Assembly (NCBI GenBank): GCA_015064285.1
Contig: SVSN01000004.1
Coordinates: forward strand, 23,350 to 87,349
DNA from: Oscillospiraceae bacterium
GTDB lineage: Bacteria > Bacillota > Clostridia > Oscillospirales > CAG-272
Direction of reading: 5' to 3'
Length of the DNA: 64,000 nucleotides
Made by a program: the position numbers and the translations under genes. Positions 40,545 through 50,899 of this stretch are shown here, one piece after another (within the stretch, counting starts at the first letter, position 1; each line of letters begins with the position of its first letter). The notes under the pieces were generated by a model. The model did not search any database, had not been told where the DNA came from, and saw only the letters and a program-made list of their open reading frames with translations.

Positions 40545-42380
40545 TTAGGAATCAGACTTGTCTTCGAAGTCTGCACTGTAGTAGGTACCGTCAGTACCCT
40601 GTGCACCGGCGTTCGGATCAAAACCTGCGCCCTGTGCATCGCCCTGGGTCTGTGCATACATCTTTTCCGCGATGGGATAGAATGCCTTTTCCAGTGCTTC
40701 GGTGTCGGCCTTGATGGCATCAGCATCGTCGGTCTTGATGGTTTCCTTCAGCTTTTCGATAGCGGCACGTACAGCGTCCTTGTCAGCATCGGAAGCCTTA
40801 TCGCCGATTTCGTTCAGGCTCTTTTCGCTCTGGTAGATGGTGGATTCTGCACGGTTCTTCAGTTCGATCATTTCCTTCTGCTTCCGGTCAGCTTCGGCGA
40901 ACTTTTCTGCTTCGTGAACGGCCTTGTCGATTTCTTCCTGAGACATATTGGTGGAAGAAGTGATGGTGATGTGCTGTTCCTTGCCGGTACCCTTATCGGT
41001 AGCGGATACATTTACGATACCGTTGGCGTCGATATCAAAGGTAACTTCGATCTGAGGCACACCTCTGGGAGCGGGAGTAATGCCGTCCAGAATGAACCGG
41101 CCCAGAGTGGTGTTGCCGGCAGCCATATCTCTTTCACCCTGCAGAACGTGAATTTCCACGGAGGTCTGTCCGTCAGCAGCGGTGGAGTATACCTGGCTCT
41201 TCTTTACGGGGATGGTGGTGTTTCTGTCGATAATCCGGTTGAACACGCCGCCCAGGGTTTCGATACCCAGAGACAGAGGTGTAACGTCCAGCAGGAGCAG
41301 GTCCTTTACGTCGCCGCCCAGTACGCCGCCCTGAATCGCTGCGCCCAGTGCTACGCATTCGTCGGGGTTGATGCCCTTGAAGGGTTCCTTGCCGGTGAAG
41401 GCCTTGATAGCTTCCTGTACGGCGGGAATTCTGGTGGAACCGCCAACCAGCAGTACCTTGTCAACCTGAGATGCCTGGATACCGGCGTCACGGAGTACCT
41501 GCTTGGTGGGTTCAATGGTAGCCTTTACCAGATCAGCGGTCATGTCATTGAACATGGCTCTGGTCAGGGTCGCGTTGAAGTGCTTGGGGCCGGTAGCGTC
41601 AGCGGTGATGAAGGGCAGATTGATTTCGGTAGTGGTCATACCGGACAGTTCGATCTTGGCCTTTTCAGCAGCGTCCTTCAGTCTCTGGAGAGCCATCTTG
41701 TCCTTGCGCAGGTCGATGCCGCCGTTTTCCTTGGCAAAGGATTCGGCGATCCAGTTCATAACCCGTTCGTCAAAGTCGTCGCCGCCCAGCTTGTTGTTGC
41801 CGGCGGTAGCCAGAACTTCAAAAACGCCGTCGGAGATTTCCAGCAGGGATACGTCGAATGTACCGCCGCCCAGGTCATAAATCATGATGCGCTGTTCGTT
41901 TTCCTTATCCATACCGTATGCCAGAGCAGCTGCGGTGGGTTCGTTGATGATACGCTTTACTTCCAGACCGGCGATCTTACCGGCATCCTTGGTGGCCTGA
42001 CGCTGTGCGTCGGAGAAGTATGCGGGAACGGTGATAACTGCTTCGGTAACTGTGGTGCCCAGGTATGCTTCTGCGTCTGCCTTCAGCTTCTGCAGAATCA
42101 TAGCAGAAATTTCCTGGGGAGTGTAGTTCTTGTCGTCGATGGTTACGTTGTAGTTGCGGCCCATTTCACGCTTGATGGACATGATGGTGCGATCGGGGTT
42201 GGTGATAGCCTGTCTCTTGGCAACCTGGCCTACCATTCTTTCGCCGGTCTTGGAGAATGCTACTACGGAAGGGGTGGTTCTGGCTCCCTCGGGATTGGGG
42301 ATAACAGTGGGTTCGCCGCCTTCAAATACAGCCACGCAGGAGTTGGTGGTACCTAAATCTATACCGATGATCTTTCCCAT
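40545..42380 (-). CDS. dnaK: Chaperone DnaK
   Basis: [17 protein letters not shown] and GGSTRIP motifs. Confidence 0.99.
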   Translation of the reverse strand: MGKIIGIDLGTTNSCVAVFEGGEPTVIPNPEGARTTPSVVAFSKTGERMVGQVAKRQAITNPDRTIMSIKREMGRNYNVTIDDKNYTPQEISAMILQKLKADAEAYLGTTVTEAVITVPAYFSDAQRQATKDAGKIAGLEVKRIINEPTAAALAYGMDKENEQRIMIYDLGGGTFDVSLLEISDGVFEVLATAGNNKLGGDDFDERVMNWIAESFAKENGGIDLRKDKMALQRLKDAAEKAKIELSGMTTTEINLPFITADATGPKHFNATLTRAMFNDMTADLVKATIEPTKQVLRDAGIQASQVDKVLLVGGSTRIPAVQEAIKAFTGKEPFKGINPDECVALGAAIQGGVLGGDVKDLLLLDVTPLSLGIETLGGVFNRIIDRNTTIPVKKSQVYSTAADGQTSVEIHVLQGERDMAAGNTTLGRFILDGITPAPRGVPQIEVTFDIDANGIVNVSATDKGTGKEQHITITSSTNMSQEEIDKAVHEAEKFAEADRKQKEMIELKNRAESTIYQSEKSLNEIGDKASDADKDAVRAAIEKLKETIKTDDADAIKADTEALEKAFYPIAEKMYAQTQGDAQGAGFDPNAGAQGTDGTYYSADFEDKSDS

Positions 42381-42439
42381 AATAAATATTCCTCCGAAAT
42401 GTTTTCTTGATTATATATGATGGTATTTGTTTACTTAAC

Positions 42440-43051
42440 TCAGTTGGCAACCTTGACCATGGCGTACCGGATTACCCGGTCTTCGTACAGATAGCCGCTC
42501 TGCAGCACATCCATGATCTCGTTTTCGCCGTGTTCGTCGCTTTCTTCGTGCATCACGGCGTTATGAAGCGCGGGATCAAAGGTTTCCCCGGGTGCACCCA
42601 CGGACTTGATATGCATTTTTTCCAGGGTTTCCGGCAGCTTATCGAGGATCAGCTTCACGCCTTCCGCAAACTTTTCCGGATCCGCATTGCCGTACTTGGA
42701 CGCATACTGGAGATTGTCGATCACCGGCAACAACCCCTTTACCGTATCTGCAACGGCTTCGGCGTAGGTGTTTTCCTTCTCCTTCTGGGTACGCTTGCGG
42801 AAGTTATCGTATTCCGCACAGACCCGTAGGTACTTGTCGTTGGCTTCCGCAGCCTTCTGCTGTTCGGCTTCCAGTGCCTTCTTCAGCTCTTCAAGCTCTG
42901 CTTTCAGCTTTTTGACATCGGCTTTCTTGTCCTTTTTACCGGTTTCTTCAGCAGATGCACCGGTAGGTTCTTCTGGTGTTTCCTTGATTTCTTCCGGTTC
43001 CGCAGCGGTATTTTCCGTCTCTGGCACCTGAATATCCTTTTCTTCTGTCAT
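42440..43051 (-). CDS. grpE: Nucleotide exchange factor GrpE
   Basis: AEYDNFRKR, FDPALHNAV and RYAMVKV motifs. Confidence 0.97.
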   Translation of the reverse strand: MTEEKDIQVPETENTAAEPEEIKETPEEPTGASAEETGKKDKKADVKKLKAELEELKKALEAEQQKAAEANDKYLRVCAEYDNFRKRTQKEKENTYAEAVADTVKGLLPVIDNLQYASKYGNADPEKFAEGVKLILDKLPETLEKMHIKSVGAPGETFDPALHNAVMHEESDEHGENEIMDVLQSGYLYEDRVIRYAMVKVAN

Positions 43052-43065
43052 TTCGTCTCCTATAT

Positions 43066-44151
43066 TTAACCTTTATTGGTTTCGTCAGTCAGTGCGGGGA
43101 TATCCCCTTCGCCAAGCACATTGGCAACACCGTTTGTCAGCGTATCAATGGTGGCAATCACACGTTTATAATCCATACGGGTAGGGCCGATGATGCCGAT
43201 GGCTCCCACCGGTGTTCCATTCCGTTTGATCGTCTTGAAAATCAGTGTGGAATTGTCCATGATCTTCACCAGATTTTCCCGTCCGATAAAGACCTGCACC
43301 TGTTCGCTGCCCATCTGTCCGGCTTCTTCCGAAAGAATCTTTACCAGATCTTCCTTCCGCTCAAACAACGCCAGCATTTCTTTCAGCCGATCCATGTCGT
43401 AGTATTCCGGATAGGACAGCAGCCGGTTGATCCCTTCGAAGCGGATTTCCCCGCCGTCAAAGCCTGTTATGGTTTCGCAGACACTCTTGATCACCGGAGA
43501 TACCAGAAAATCATATTCGCCCATCTGCCGTTCCATGTGCATCAGCAGGGGCATTGTGATTTCTTCCGCTGTTTTTTCCGTTGCACACTCATTGAGCACC
43601 TTTGCCAGCTGCATACCGGCTTCAGGCGGCACCGGAATCTGGGAGCGGACATGCCGGGTTTTGATGGTCTGACCGATCACCATGATGAGCACCAGCGTAT
43701 ATTCATCCAGCCGCATCAGCTCATACCGGTTCACCGTGATCCGCAGCATCCGGGGACGCAGTGCCATGGCTGTATAGTTCGTCAGCTTAGCAGCCAGCTG
43801 CATGGCACTCTGCAGAATATTGTCCAGTTCAGTCTGCTTGTTCTGCACCAGCCGTTTCAGTTCCGCCAGTTCGTTCTGGGTCAGGTTGTACCGTTCCACC
43901 AGGGAATCCACATAAAACCGATAGCCCAGCTCCGAAGGAATCCGTCCGGCTGAAGTGTGGGGCTGTTCCAGAAGACCCATTTCTTCCAGCTCTGCCATCT
44001 CGTTGCGTATGGTAGCAGACGAATAGGCAATCTGCTTATTCTGCGTCAGGAATTTACTGCCAACCGGTTCACCGTTTTCGATATGCGCATCGATAATGGC
44101 TTTCAGTATCAGTTTTTTCCGATCGCTGAGTTCTCTGTTTTCCTCTTTCAA
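43066..44151 (-). CDS. hrcA: Heat-inducible transcription repressor HrcA
   Basis: SSATIRNEMAELE, PHTSAGRIP and IGPTRMDY motifs; TTG start after GGAGG. Confidence 0.97.
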   Translation of the reverse strand: MKEENRELSDRKKLILKAIIDAHIENGEPVGSKFLTQNKQIAYSSATIRNEMAELEEMGLLEQPHTSAGRIPSELGYRFYVDSLVERYNLTQNELAELKRLVQNKQTELDNILQSAMQLAAKLTNYTAMALRPRMLRITVNRYELMRLDEYTLVLIMVIGQTIKTRHVRSQIPVPPEAGMQLAKVLNECATEKTAEEITMPLLMHMERQMGEYDFLVSPVIKSVCETITGFDGGEIRFEGINRLLSYPEYYDMDRLKEMLALFERKEDLVKILSEEAGQMGSEQVQVFIGRENLVKIMDNSTLIFKTIKRNGTPVGAIGIIGPTRMDYKRVIATIDTLTNGVANVLGEGDIPALTDETNKG

Positions 44152-44214
44152 CCTCTTCCACCTCCCCGTTTACGGATTTGCTCCGGAGGTTGATTGCTTA
44201 CACTCTCATGCAAT

Positions 44215-44241
44215 TTAGCACTGTTGATGTCAGAGTGCTAA
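44215..44241 (-). promoter_or_regulatory. CIRCE operator
   Basis: TTAGCACTC-N9-CAGTGCTAA on the minus strand (one mismatch to consensus), upstream of hrcA. Confidence 0.93.
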
Positions 44242-44410
44242 ATTCTGTATAAAGAGTACCATTTTGCAGCTTCCAATTCAACAGGAATATAAATACGGTT
44301 TGTTAATTAACTGTGAACGGCAAAAAAGAAGCTTGTTTTCCCTGCCAAAAGCAAAAAACGGCGTGGATATGCACCTGACACACCACGTCGTTTTGGCATT
44401 TTATGCAGTT

Positions 44411-45226
44411 TTATCTGTGTTTTTTCGTACGCTTTGCCCAAAGCAAGCTGCCTGCGCAAATCCCGGGACAAACGAAGACCCATACCGTATCTCCAGTAGG
44501 CGGCGCTTCCGTCAGTTCTGCATTGACAGGATTCTCTGACCAGGACATATCCTTCAGAACACCGTTTTTAGCAGTGTACCCGGTACCATTGACAACACAA
44601 ACCTCACCAATATTGGCGTTTAGGTTCCGCACACCGAATCCACGGTTTCCTTCCGTGATCCGCCGCAGAGAATCTCTTTCCACGGTACATTCTGTTTTTC
44701 CGGCTTTCAGTGTAACTTCATGCAGCACGCCGTTTTCGATGGGAATTTCCACATGGATCATTTCTTTCCCGTCCTGTATGGCTCCGACAATCTCATCGCT
44801 CAGCGGCCCAAAATCGTCAACAGAACCGTTCGCCCGGATGATCAGGGATGTAATATTGGAAGGTTCATCTCCCCAACTGGTCAAAAGAAAGGCAAGATAT
44901 CCGCGGCTGCTCCGGACATCTTCAAACCGGAACGTGAACTCGATAGTATAAGAATCTGTCCACGGCATTTCCGGAAGGATAGCATATGTACGCAGGTCAT
45001 CGTTTGTAACAATCCGCAGCATATCATCGTCCAGCAGCAAAACGGAATCCGGTGAACTGTTTGTTCCTTTTCGGATGCCTGCTTTGTAAATCGGTTTTCC
45101 GCTTACATCCGCAAAATCCTGCCGATAGAGCACTTCACCGGTTTTATATGAATCCGCATAAACAGAAACGCCCAGCAGTACAGTCAGAAGCAGAACAAAT
45201 ACGGATACATACATTCTTTTTCGCAT
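44411..45226 (-). CDS. Secreted, probably cell-wall-anchored hypothetical protein
   Basis: Signal peptide ending VYA; beta-rich core; C-terminal APPTGD, hydrophobic stretch and basic tail; TTGACG-N17-TATAAT promoter at 45296-45268. Confidence 0.7.
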   Translation of the reverse strand: MRKRMYVSVFVLLLTVLLGVSVYADSYKTGEVLYRQDFADVSGKPIYKAGIRKGTNSSPDSVLLLDDDMLRIVTNDDLRTYAILPEMPWTDSYTIEFTFRFEDVRSSRGYLAFLLTSWGDEPSNITSLIIRANGSVDDFGPLSDEIVGAIQDGKEMIHVEIPIENGVLHEVTLKAGKTECTVERDSLRRITEGNRGFGVRNLNANIGEVCVVNGTGYTAKNGVLKDMSWSENPVNAELTEAPPTGDTVWVFVCPGICAGSLLWAKRTKKHR

Positions 45227-45592
45227 GCCGAACCTCCCTGAAGTATTCACGAAATATACATAATTATATTATAAAGATTCCCCTGTCATCCGTCAAGGGG
45301 GTTTTCACCATTTCTTCCGTATTAAGACTATTTCTGTCAGTTTTATACAAAAAATACACACTATTTTCGGTCATATAGCGCTGCACACTGATAGTTTATG
45401 CATTGGATATACATTCCGTGATAAATGAAACAGAAAGAACTGTTTGAGAAATACACCGGCTGTGTGCGAGAGTATCAAACTATCGCAGGTATTGACACAT
45501 CTCGCCAACCTGTCGGGAAGTTGCTGCCTGTTATAAATATCCCATCGAATCCTGCTGAAATTTAACACTTTGTGTCTTTTTCAGAAAACCTA

Positions 45593-45621
45593 TTGTATTT
45601 TCATCAAATCGGATGTATAAT
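45593..45621 (+). promoter_or_regulatory. sigma-A promoter of the thi operon
   Basis: TTGTAT-N17-TATAAT just upstream of the first aptamer. Confidence 0.7.
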
Positions 45622-45635
45622 ACTAAATGAAATAA

Positions 45636-45805
45636 ATACAGGGGAGCTTGTGTTTGCAGGCTGAGAGGAAGTAACCGAACTTCGACCCTTGAGTATTCGT
45701 CTATGACGAAACTCGACCTGATGCGGATAATGCCGCCGTAGGAAGTCATACACAAGGATTTTTTACAGGAGGCATCCCCCCACGGGTGTCTCCTGTTTTT
45801 ATTTT
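45636..45805 (+). ncRNA. TPP riboswitch 1 with its own terminator
   Basis: GGGGAGC...GGCTGAGAGG...GACCC...ACCTGATGCGGATAATGCCGCCGTAGGAAG; hairpin ACAGGAGGCATCC...GGGTGTCTCCTGT plus U-run. Confidence 0.92.
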
Positions 45806-45812
45806 ACAATCA

Positions 45813-45978
45813 AATACACGGGGAGCTTGTAGTACAGGCTGAGAGGAAGGTACAACCTTCGACCCGCCGGTTTCATGAAAACATGAAACACAACCTGATT
45901 TGGATAATGCCAACGTAGGGACTTTTATGCGCGTCACGGGAAATTTCCAGATCGGAGGTTTCCCGCATTTTTATTTTA
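45813..45978 (+). ncRNA. TPP riboswitch 2 with its own terminator
   Basis: GGGGAGC...GGCTGAGAGG...GACCC...ACCTGATTTGGATAATGCCAACGTAGGGA; hairpin CGGGAAATTTCC...GGAGGTTTCCCG plus U-run. Confidence 0.9.
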
Positions 45979-45990
45979 GGAGGTGCAATC

Positions 45991-46185
45991 ATGGTAAAAG
46001 TAAACGGAACAGAAATGGATATTGCCGGAAAGACAGTATCAGAGTATCTGGCAGCAACCAATTATGACCCCAAACGAATCGCAGTTGAGCGTAATGGCGA
46101 CATCGTATTCAAGTCTCAGTACGATGTTACCGTTCTCGAAGATGGCGACAGTTTGGAAATCGTCAGTTTTGTGGGAGGTGGTTGA
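45991..46185 (+). CDS. thiS: Sulfur carrier ThiS
   Basis: 64 aa, IAVERNG, C-terminal FVGGG. Confidence 0.96.
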   Translation: MVKVNGTEMDIAGKTVSEYLAATNYDPKRIAVERNGDIVFKSQYDVTVLEDGDSLEIVSFVGGG

Positions 46186-46821
46186 TTGATCCCGTCTAAA
46201 AAAGAATGGACGGATGCATTGATTGCCCGTCACGGACTTGACCTTCACAAACGATTTTCTTCCGCAACTGTCGCAATTTGCGGCCTCGGTGGTCTGGGCT
46301 CGATTATTGCCATCTCTTTGGCAAGGGCCGGTATCGGCAAACTGCTGCTGATTGATTTTGATCGTGTAGACATAACCAATCTGCACCGTCAGCAGTACAA
46401 GGCAAATCAAATTGGTCTCTATAAAGCGGATGCTCTTGCGGAAAATCTGTCAGAGATTGCCCCCTATACGGAACTCCAAACTGTGACAGAAAAGATCACG
46501 GAAGAGAATTTTTCAGCTCTCCTGAAAGATGCGGATATTGTATGCGAAGCATTCGACAATGCAGAAGCCAAGGCAATGCTTGTCAATGGAGTCCTCGAGC
46601 AATTACCCGATTGCTATTTGGTTGCAGCTTCCGGTATGGCCGGAATGGATACCCCAAACACCATCAAGACACGAAGAATAATGAAACGATTTTACTTATG
46701 CGGTGATGAAGTCAGCGATGTGGCAGATACCATTGGGCTGACAGCCCCTCGTGTTATGCTTTGCGCCGCACATCAGGCACACACCGTCCTGCGTATTCTC
46801 GCAGGCGAATATGAAGTATAA
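46186..46821 (+). CDS. thiF: ThiS adenylyltransferase ThiF (short family)
   Basis: GLGGLGS and [13 protein letters not shown] motifs; TTG start abutting the thiS stop. Confidence 0.93.
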   Translation: MIPSKKEWTDALIARHGLDLHKRFSSATVAICGLGGLGSIIAISLARAGIGKLLLIDFDRVDITNLHRQQYKANQIGLYKADALAENLSEIAPYTELQTVTEKITEENFSALLKDADIVCEAFDNAEAKAMLVNGVLEQLPDCYLVAASGMAGMDTPNTIKTRRIMKRFYLCGDEVSDVADTIGLTAPRVMLCAAHQAHTVLRILAGEYEV

Positions 46822-46837
46822 GAAAGAAGGATTTATT

Positions 46838-47611
46838 ATGATTAACAACGATAAGCTCGTTATTGGCGGTCACGAATTTAATTCCCGTTTTATTTTGGGT
46901 TCCGGTAAGTATTCCATGAAGCTCATTGAAGTTGCAATAAAAGATGCCGGTGCAGAAATCATCACCCTTGCCGTTCGCCGTGCAAACACCAAGGAGCACG
47001 AAAACATTTTGGACTACATTCCCGAAGGCATCACCCTTCTGCCCAACACCTCCGGTGCGAGAAACGCAGAGGAAGCTGTCCGTATTGCCCGTCTCGCAAG
47101 AGAACTGGGTTGCGGCAATTTCGTCAAGGTAGAAATTATGCGCGATACCAAGTATCTATTGCCCGATAACCAGGAAACCATCAAAGCTACCGAAATCCTC
47201 GCAAATGAGGGCTTTGTGGTTATGCCGTATATGTACCCCGATCTGAACGCCGCCCGTGATATGGTGAATGCCGGTGCCGCTGCCATTATGCCGCTGGCTT
47301 CTCCCATCGGTTCCAACAAGGGGCTGGCAACCAAAGAATTTATTCAGATTCTCATTGATGAGATTGATCTGCCTATCATCGTGGACGCGGGTATCGGCAG
47401 ACCTTCTCAGGCTTGCGAAGCCATGGAAATGGGTGCGGCGGCAATTATGGCAAACACCGCCCTTGCAACCGCAGGGGATCTGCCCTTGATGGCATCAGCT
47501 TTCCGTCAGGCTATTGAAGCAGGCAGAAAAGCATATCTGTCCGGTCTTGGTCGTGTTCTGACCCGTGGTGCTTCTGCGTCCGATCCTCTTACCGGCTTTC
47601 TGCATGATTAA
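46838..47611 (+). CDS. thiG: Thiazole synthase
   Basis: [26 protein letters not shown] and VDAGIG motifs. Confidence 0.97.
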   Translation: MINNDKLVIGGHEFNSRFILGSGKYSMKLIEVAIKDAGAEIITLAVRRANTKEHENILDYIPEGITLLPNTSGARNAEEAVRIARLARELGCGNFVKVEIMRDTKYLLPDNQETIKATEILANEGFVVMPYMYPDLNAARDMVNAGAAAIMPLASPIGSNKGLATKEFIQILIDEIDLPIIVDAGIGRPSQACEAMEMGAAAIMANTALATAGDLPLMASAFRQAIEAGRKAYLSGLGRVLTRGASASDPLTGFLHD

Positions 47612-47622
47612 GGAGAACTGCT

Positions 47623-48876
47623 ATGGAAAATCAATTTTTCGTTGATTCAGAGTACCTGACACCGGAAGCTCTGGCGAAAAAGCACCGGCTGGAAACAGAC
47701 CCTTCCAGCCGCAAGAATCACATGGAATATCTGCCGGGGATGGAAGTAATCGAATCGGATGTATGTGCCAGTGTAATGGCGCAGATGAAGTCCTATGATT
47801 ATTCAAAATATACCATCGCTGATGTGAAGGCTGCTTTGGCGCATGACCCCTGCACGATCGAAGATTTCAAGGCACTCTTATCTCCTGCGGCCGAACCGTT
47901 CCTTGAACAGATGGCGCAGAGAGCAAGACTGGAAACCAGCAGACACTTCGGCAACACCGTGTATCTGTTCACTCCTTTGTACATTGCCAATTATTGCGAG
48001 AACTACTGCGTTTACTGCGGCTTCAACTGCTATAACCATATCAACCGCATGAAGCTGAATATGGAGCAGATCGAGCATGAAATGAAAGTCATTGCCGATT
48101 CCGGTATGGAGGAAATTCTGATTCTTACCGGCGAAAGCCGTGCGCAGAGTGACGTGAAATACATCGGCGAAGCCTGTAAGTTGGCAAGAAAGTATTTCCG
48201 TATGGTGGGTCTGGAAATCTACCCTGTGAACACCGATGAATACAAGTATCTCCATGAGTGCGGTGCTGACTATGTAACCGTGTTCCAGGAGACCTATGAT
48301 GCGGACAAATATGAAACACTCCACCTGCTCGGTCACAAACGTGTGTGGCCATACCGCTTTGATGCACAGGAACGGGCACTTCGCGGCGGCATGCGGGGAG
48401 TTGCATTCTCTGCGCTTCTTGGATTGTCCGATTTCCGCAAGGATGCTTTGGCAAGCGCACTTCATGTGTATTATCTGCAGCGGAAATATCCCCACGCAGA
48501 AATGTCCCTGTCCTGCCCCAGACTGCGTCCCATCATCAACAATGATAAGATAAATCCCCTTGATGTAGGTGAAAAACAGCTCTGTCAGGTGCTTTGTGCT
48601 TATCGTATTTTCTTACCGTATGTTGGTATTACGGTATCTTCCCGTGAAAGTGCAGAGTTTAGAAACGGCATCGTAAAGATTGCCGCCACCAAAGTTTCCG
48701 CAGGGGTTTCCACCGGTATCGGCGACCATGAAAGCAAATACACCGGCAAGGAATCCGATGCTCTGCAGGGGGACGAGCAGTTTGAGATTGACGATAACCG
48801 CAGTCTTGACAAGATGTATAAGGACATTGCAGAAGAAGGTCTGCAGCCGGTGCTCAATGATTATCTGTATGTATGA
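47623..48876 (+). CDS. thiH: 2-iminoacetate synthase (radical SAM tyrosine lyase)
   Basis: PLYIANYCENYCVYCGF, FQETY and EQFEIDDNRS motifs. Confidence 0.95.
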   Translation: MENQFFVDSEYLTPEALAKKHRLETDPSSRKNHMEYLPGMEVIESDVCASVMAQMKSYDYSKYTIADVKAALAHDPCTIEDFKALLSPAAEPFLEQMAQRARLETSRHFGNTVYLFTPLYIANYCENYCVYCGFNCYNHINRMKLNMEQIEHEMKVIADSGMEEILILTGESRAQSDVKYIGEACKLARKYFRMVGLEIYPVNTDEYKYLHECGADYVTVFQETYDADKYETLHLLGHKRVWPYRFDAQERALRGGMRGVAFSALLGLSDFRKDALASALHVYYLQRKYPHAEMSLSCPRLRPIINNDKINPLDVGEKQLCQVLCAYRIFLPYVGITVSSRESAEFRNGIVKIAATKVSAGVSTGIGDHESKYTGKESDALQGDEQFEIDDNRSLDKMYKDIAEEGLQPVLNDYLYV

Positions 48877-48884
48877 GGTTGAAT

Positions 48885-49520
48885 ATGAAGAAATTTGATA
48901 CGAGTCTGTATTTTATCACCGACAGCACGGGGGTCTCGGAGGAAGAATTTCTATACCGCGTGGAACGTGCGCTCATGGGCGGCGTGACCATTCTGCAGCT
49001 CCGTGAGAAAAATAAAACCACCAGAGAATATATCACTCTGGCGGAAAAGGTACATGAACTTACTAAGAAATACGCCGTACCGCTGATTATCGATGACCGG
49101 GTGGATGTTGCTCTTGCCGTGAATGCGGAGGGTGTACATCTGGGCGCGGAGGACATGATGATTGAGGCGGCACGGAAAATTCTCGGTGAGGACAAGATCA
49201 TCGGAGCAACGGCGAAAACCGTACCGTGGGCACTGGATGTGTACGGACAGGGTGCGGATTACCTTGGCGTGGGTGCGATTTACCCCACCACAACCAAAGT
49301 AAAAACCGTGCTCACCTCCACCGATACCCTGCGGGATATCTGCAAAGCCGTACCGATTCCCGTCAATGCCATCGGCGGGCTGAACAAGGGGAATATTGAT
49401 GTTCTCGCCGGTATTCCCGTTGCCGGAATCTGTGCGGTATCCGCCATCATGAAAGCGGAAGATCCAAAGATTGCGGTAGAAGAACTGAAACAGAGAGCAC
49501 ACGAGCTTGCGCTGATTTAA
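48885..49520 (+). CDS. thiE: Thiamine-phosphate synthase
   Basis: QLREK, IIDDRVD, GVHLG, PTTTK and AIGG motifs. Confidence 0.96.
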   Translation: MKKFDTSLYFITDSTGVSEEEFLYRVERALMGGVTILQLREKNKTTREYITLAEKVHELTKKYAVPLIIDDRVDVALAVNAEGVHLGAEDMMIEAARKILGEDKIIGATAKTVPWALDVYGQGADYLGVGAIYPTTTKVKTVLTSTDTLRDICKAVPIPVNAIGGLNKGNIDVLAGIPVAGICAVSAIMKAEDPKIAVEELKQRAHELALI

Positions 49521-49597
49521 TCAAAAAGCGGCAGATTGGGGGCACCACCTTATGCCGCTATAGAAAACGATGCTGAAAAACGAAAGGAGTAAAAACA

Positions 49598-50413
49598 ATG
49601 AAAATGAAAACAGCATTGACCATTGCAGGAAGTGACTGTAGCGGAGGCGCCGGTATTCAGGCAGATATCAAAACCATGACCATGAACGGTGTTTATGCCA
49701 TGAGTGTGATTACCGCACTGACGGCCCAGAACACAACCGGCGTAAGAGCGATCGAAGAATCCACTCCGGATTTCCTGCGTAAGCAAATGGATGCGGTATT
49801 TGAGGATATTTATCCCGATGCCGTGAAGATCGGCATGGTAGCATCCAGCGAGCTGATCCGTGTGATTGCGGACAGGCTGAGATACTATGAAGCAAAGAAT
49901 GTGGTCATAGACCCCGTAATGGTGGCAACCTCCGGTTCTGCTCTGATGAAAAACGATGCAGTACAGACTCTTATCGAAGAATTGCTGCCTGTTTCAACGC
50001 TTGTGACACCGAACATTCCCGAAGCACAGGGTCTCTCCGGTATGACCATTGAAACGAAAGAGAACATGGTGACTGCTGCAAAGCAAATCGGAGACAACTG
50101 TCATTGTGCAGTTCTGCTGAAAGGCGGTCACAGCATTAATGATGCAAATGATCTGCTCTACACAAACAGCAAACTGTTTTGGTTTGAGGGCAAGCGTATT
50201 GACAATCCCAACACCCATGGCACAGGATGTACGCTTTCCAGTGCCATTGCATCCAACCTTGCCAAGGGATTTACTCTCGCCGAATCCGTACAGAGAGCAA
50301 AAGAGTATATCTCCGGTGCTTTGGCGGCAATGCTTGATCTTGGCGAAGGTTCGGGCCCGATGAATCACGCCTTTGACTTACAGGGTGAATACGCAAAGGG
50401 GGTAACAGAATGA
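49598..50413 (+). CDS. thiD: HMP/HMP-P kinase
   Basis: IAGSDCSGGAGIQADIKT, TPNIPEA, LKGGH and THGTGCTLSSA motifs. Confidence 0.97.
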   Translation: MKMKTALTIAGSDCSGGAGIQADIKTMTMNGVYAMSVITALTAQNTTGVRAIEESTPDFLRKQMDAVFEDIYPDAVKIGMVASSELIRVIADRLRYYEAKNVVIDPVMVATSGSALMKNDAVQTLIEELLPVSTLVTPNIPEAQGLSGMTIETKENMVTAAKQIGDNCHCAVLLKGGHSINDANDLLYTNSKLFWFEGKRIDNPNTHGTGCTLSSAIASNLAKGFTLAESVQRAKEYISGALAAMLDLGEGSGPMNHAFDLQGEYAKGVTE

Positions 50414-50454
50414 ATACCGTAAAAAGACTGCTTGACGCTGCAACAGAGGGCTGA
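50410..50454 (+). pseudogene. 5-prime stub of a truncated next operon gene, possibly tenA
   Basis: ATGA overlap with the thiD stop and an AAGGGGG RBS; MNTVKRLLDAATEG* resembles, from memory, clostridial TenA N-termini. Confidence 0.4.
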
Positions 50455-50593
50455 AACATTCGCTGGATGATGCAGAGACTCTTTCGTATACAAGTACGTC
50501 ACAAGTAACGTACTCCCCCGCAAAACATCGACTGCATCGGTTAAGCATGGAAAACTGTTACTTATAAGAATTTTCAAGTAATAATGGCTGCTA

Positions 50594-50633
50594 AAAATAC
50601 CGCCTGTGGAAATTTCCAACGGGCGGTATTCTT
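50594..50633. terminator. Hairpin terminator ending the thi region
   Basis: AATACCGCCTGTGGAAA/TTTCCAACGGGCGGTATT inverted repeat. Confidence 0.7.
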
Positions 50634-50752
50634 ATCTGTATTGCAGATATTCCATAACATCTTACAGCCAGAGAAGCCGTCTTGCTGCTTTTCAGAGTAA
50701 TGCCAATATCACGATTCGCAGGAATAGTCAGCGGTTTAGCGACGATCCTGTC
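50632..50752 (-). pseudogene. C-terminal remnant of a LysR-type regulator
   Basis: DRIVAKPLTIPANRDIGITLKSSKTASLAVR, then MEYLQYR* after a frameshift; no upstream coding sequence. Confidence 0.55.
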
Positions 50753-50899
50753 AAGAAAACATAAAGAAATTAAAGAACCTCACTTCTGTCCAACTTGGGC
50801 AGAAGCATTCATTGAAAACAGTCGTTTCAAGTATTTTTCAAAATTACTGCGTTACAAAGCCCCGGACAAGTCCGGGGCCTGTATGTACCAATCGGTGAA

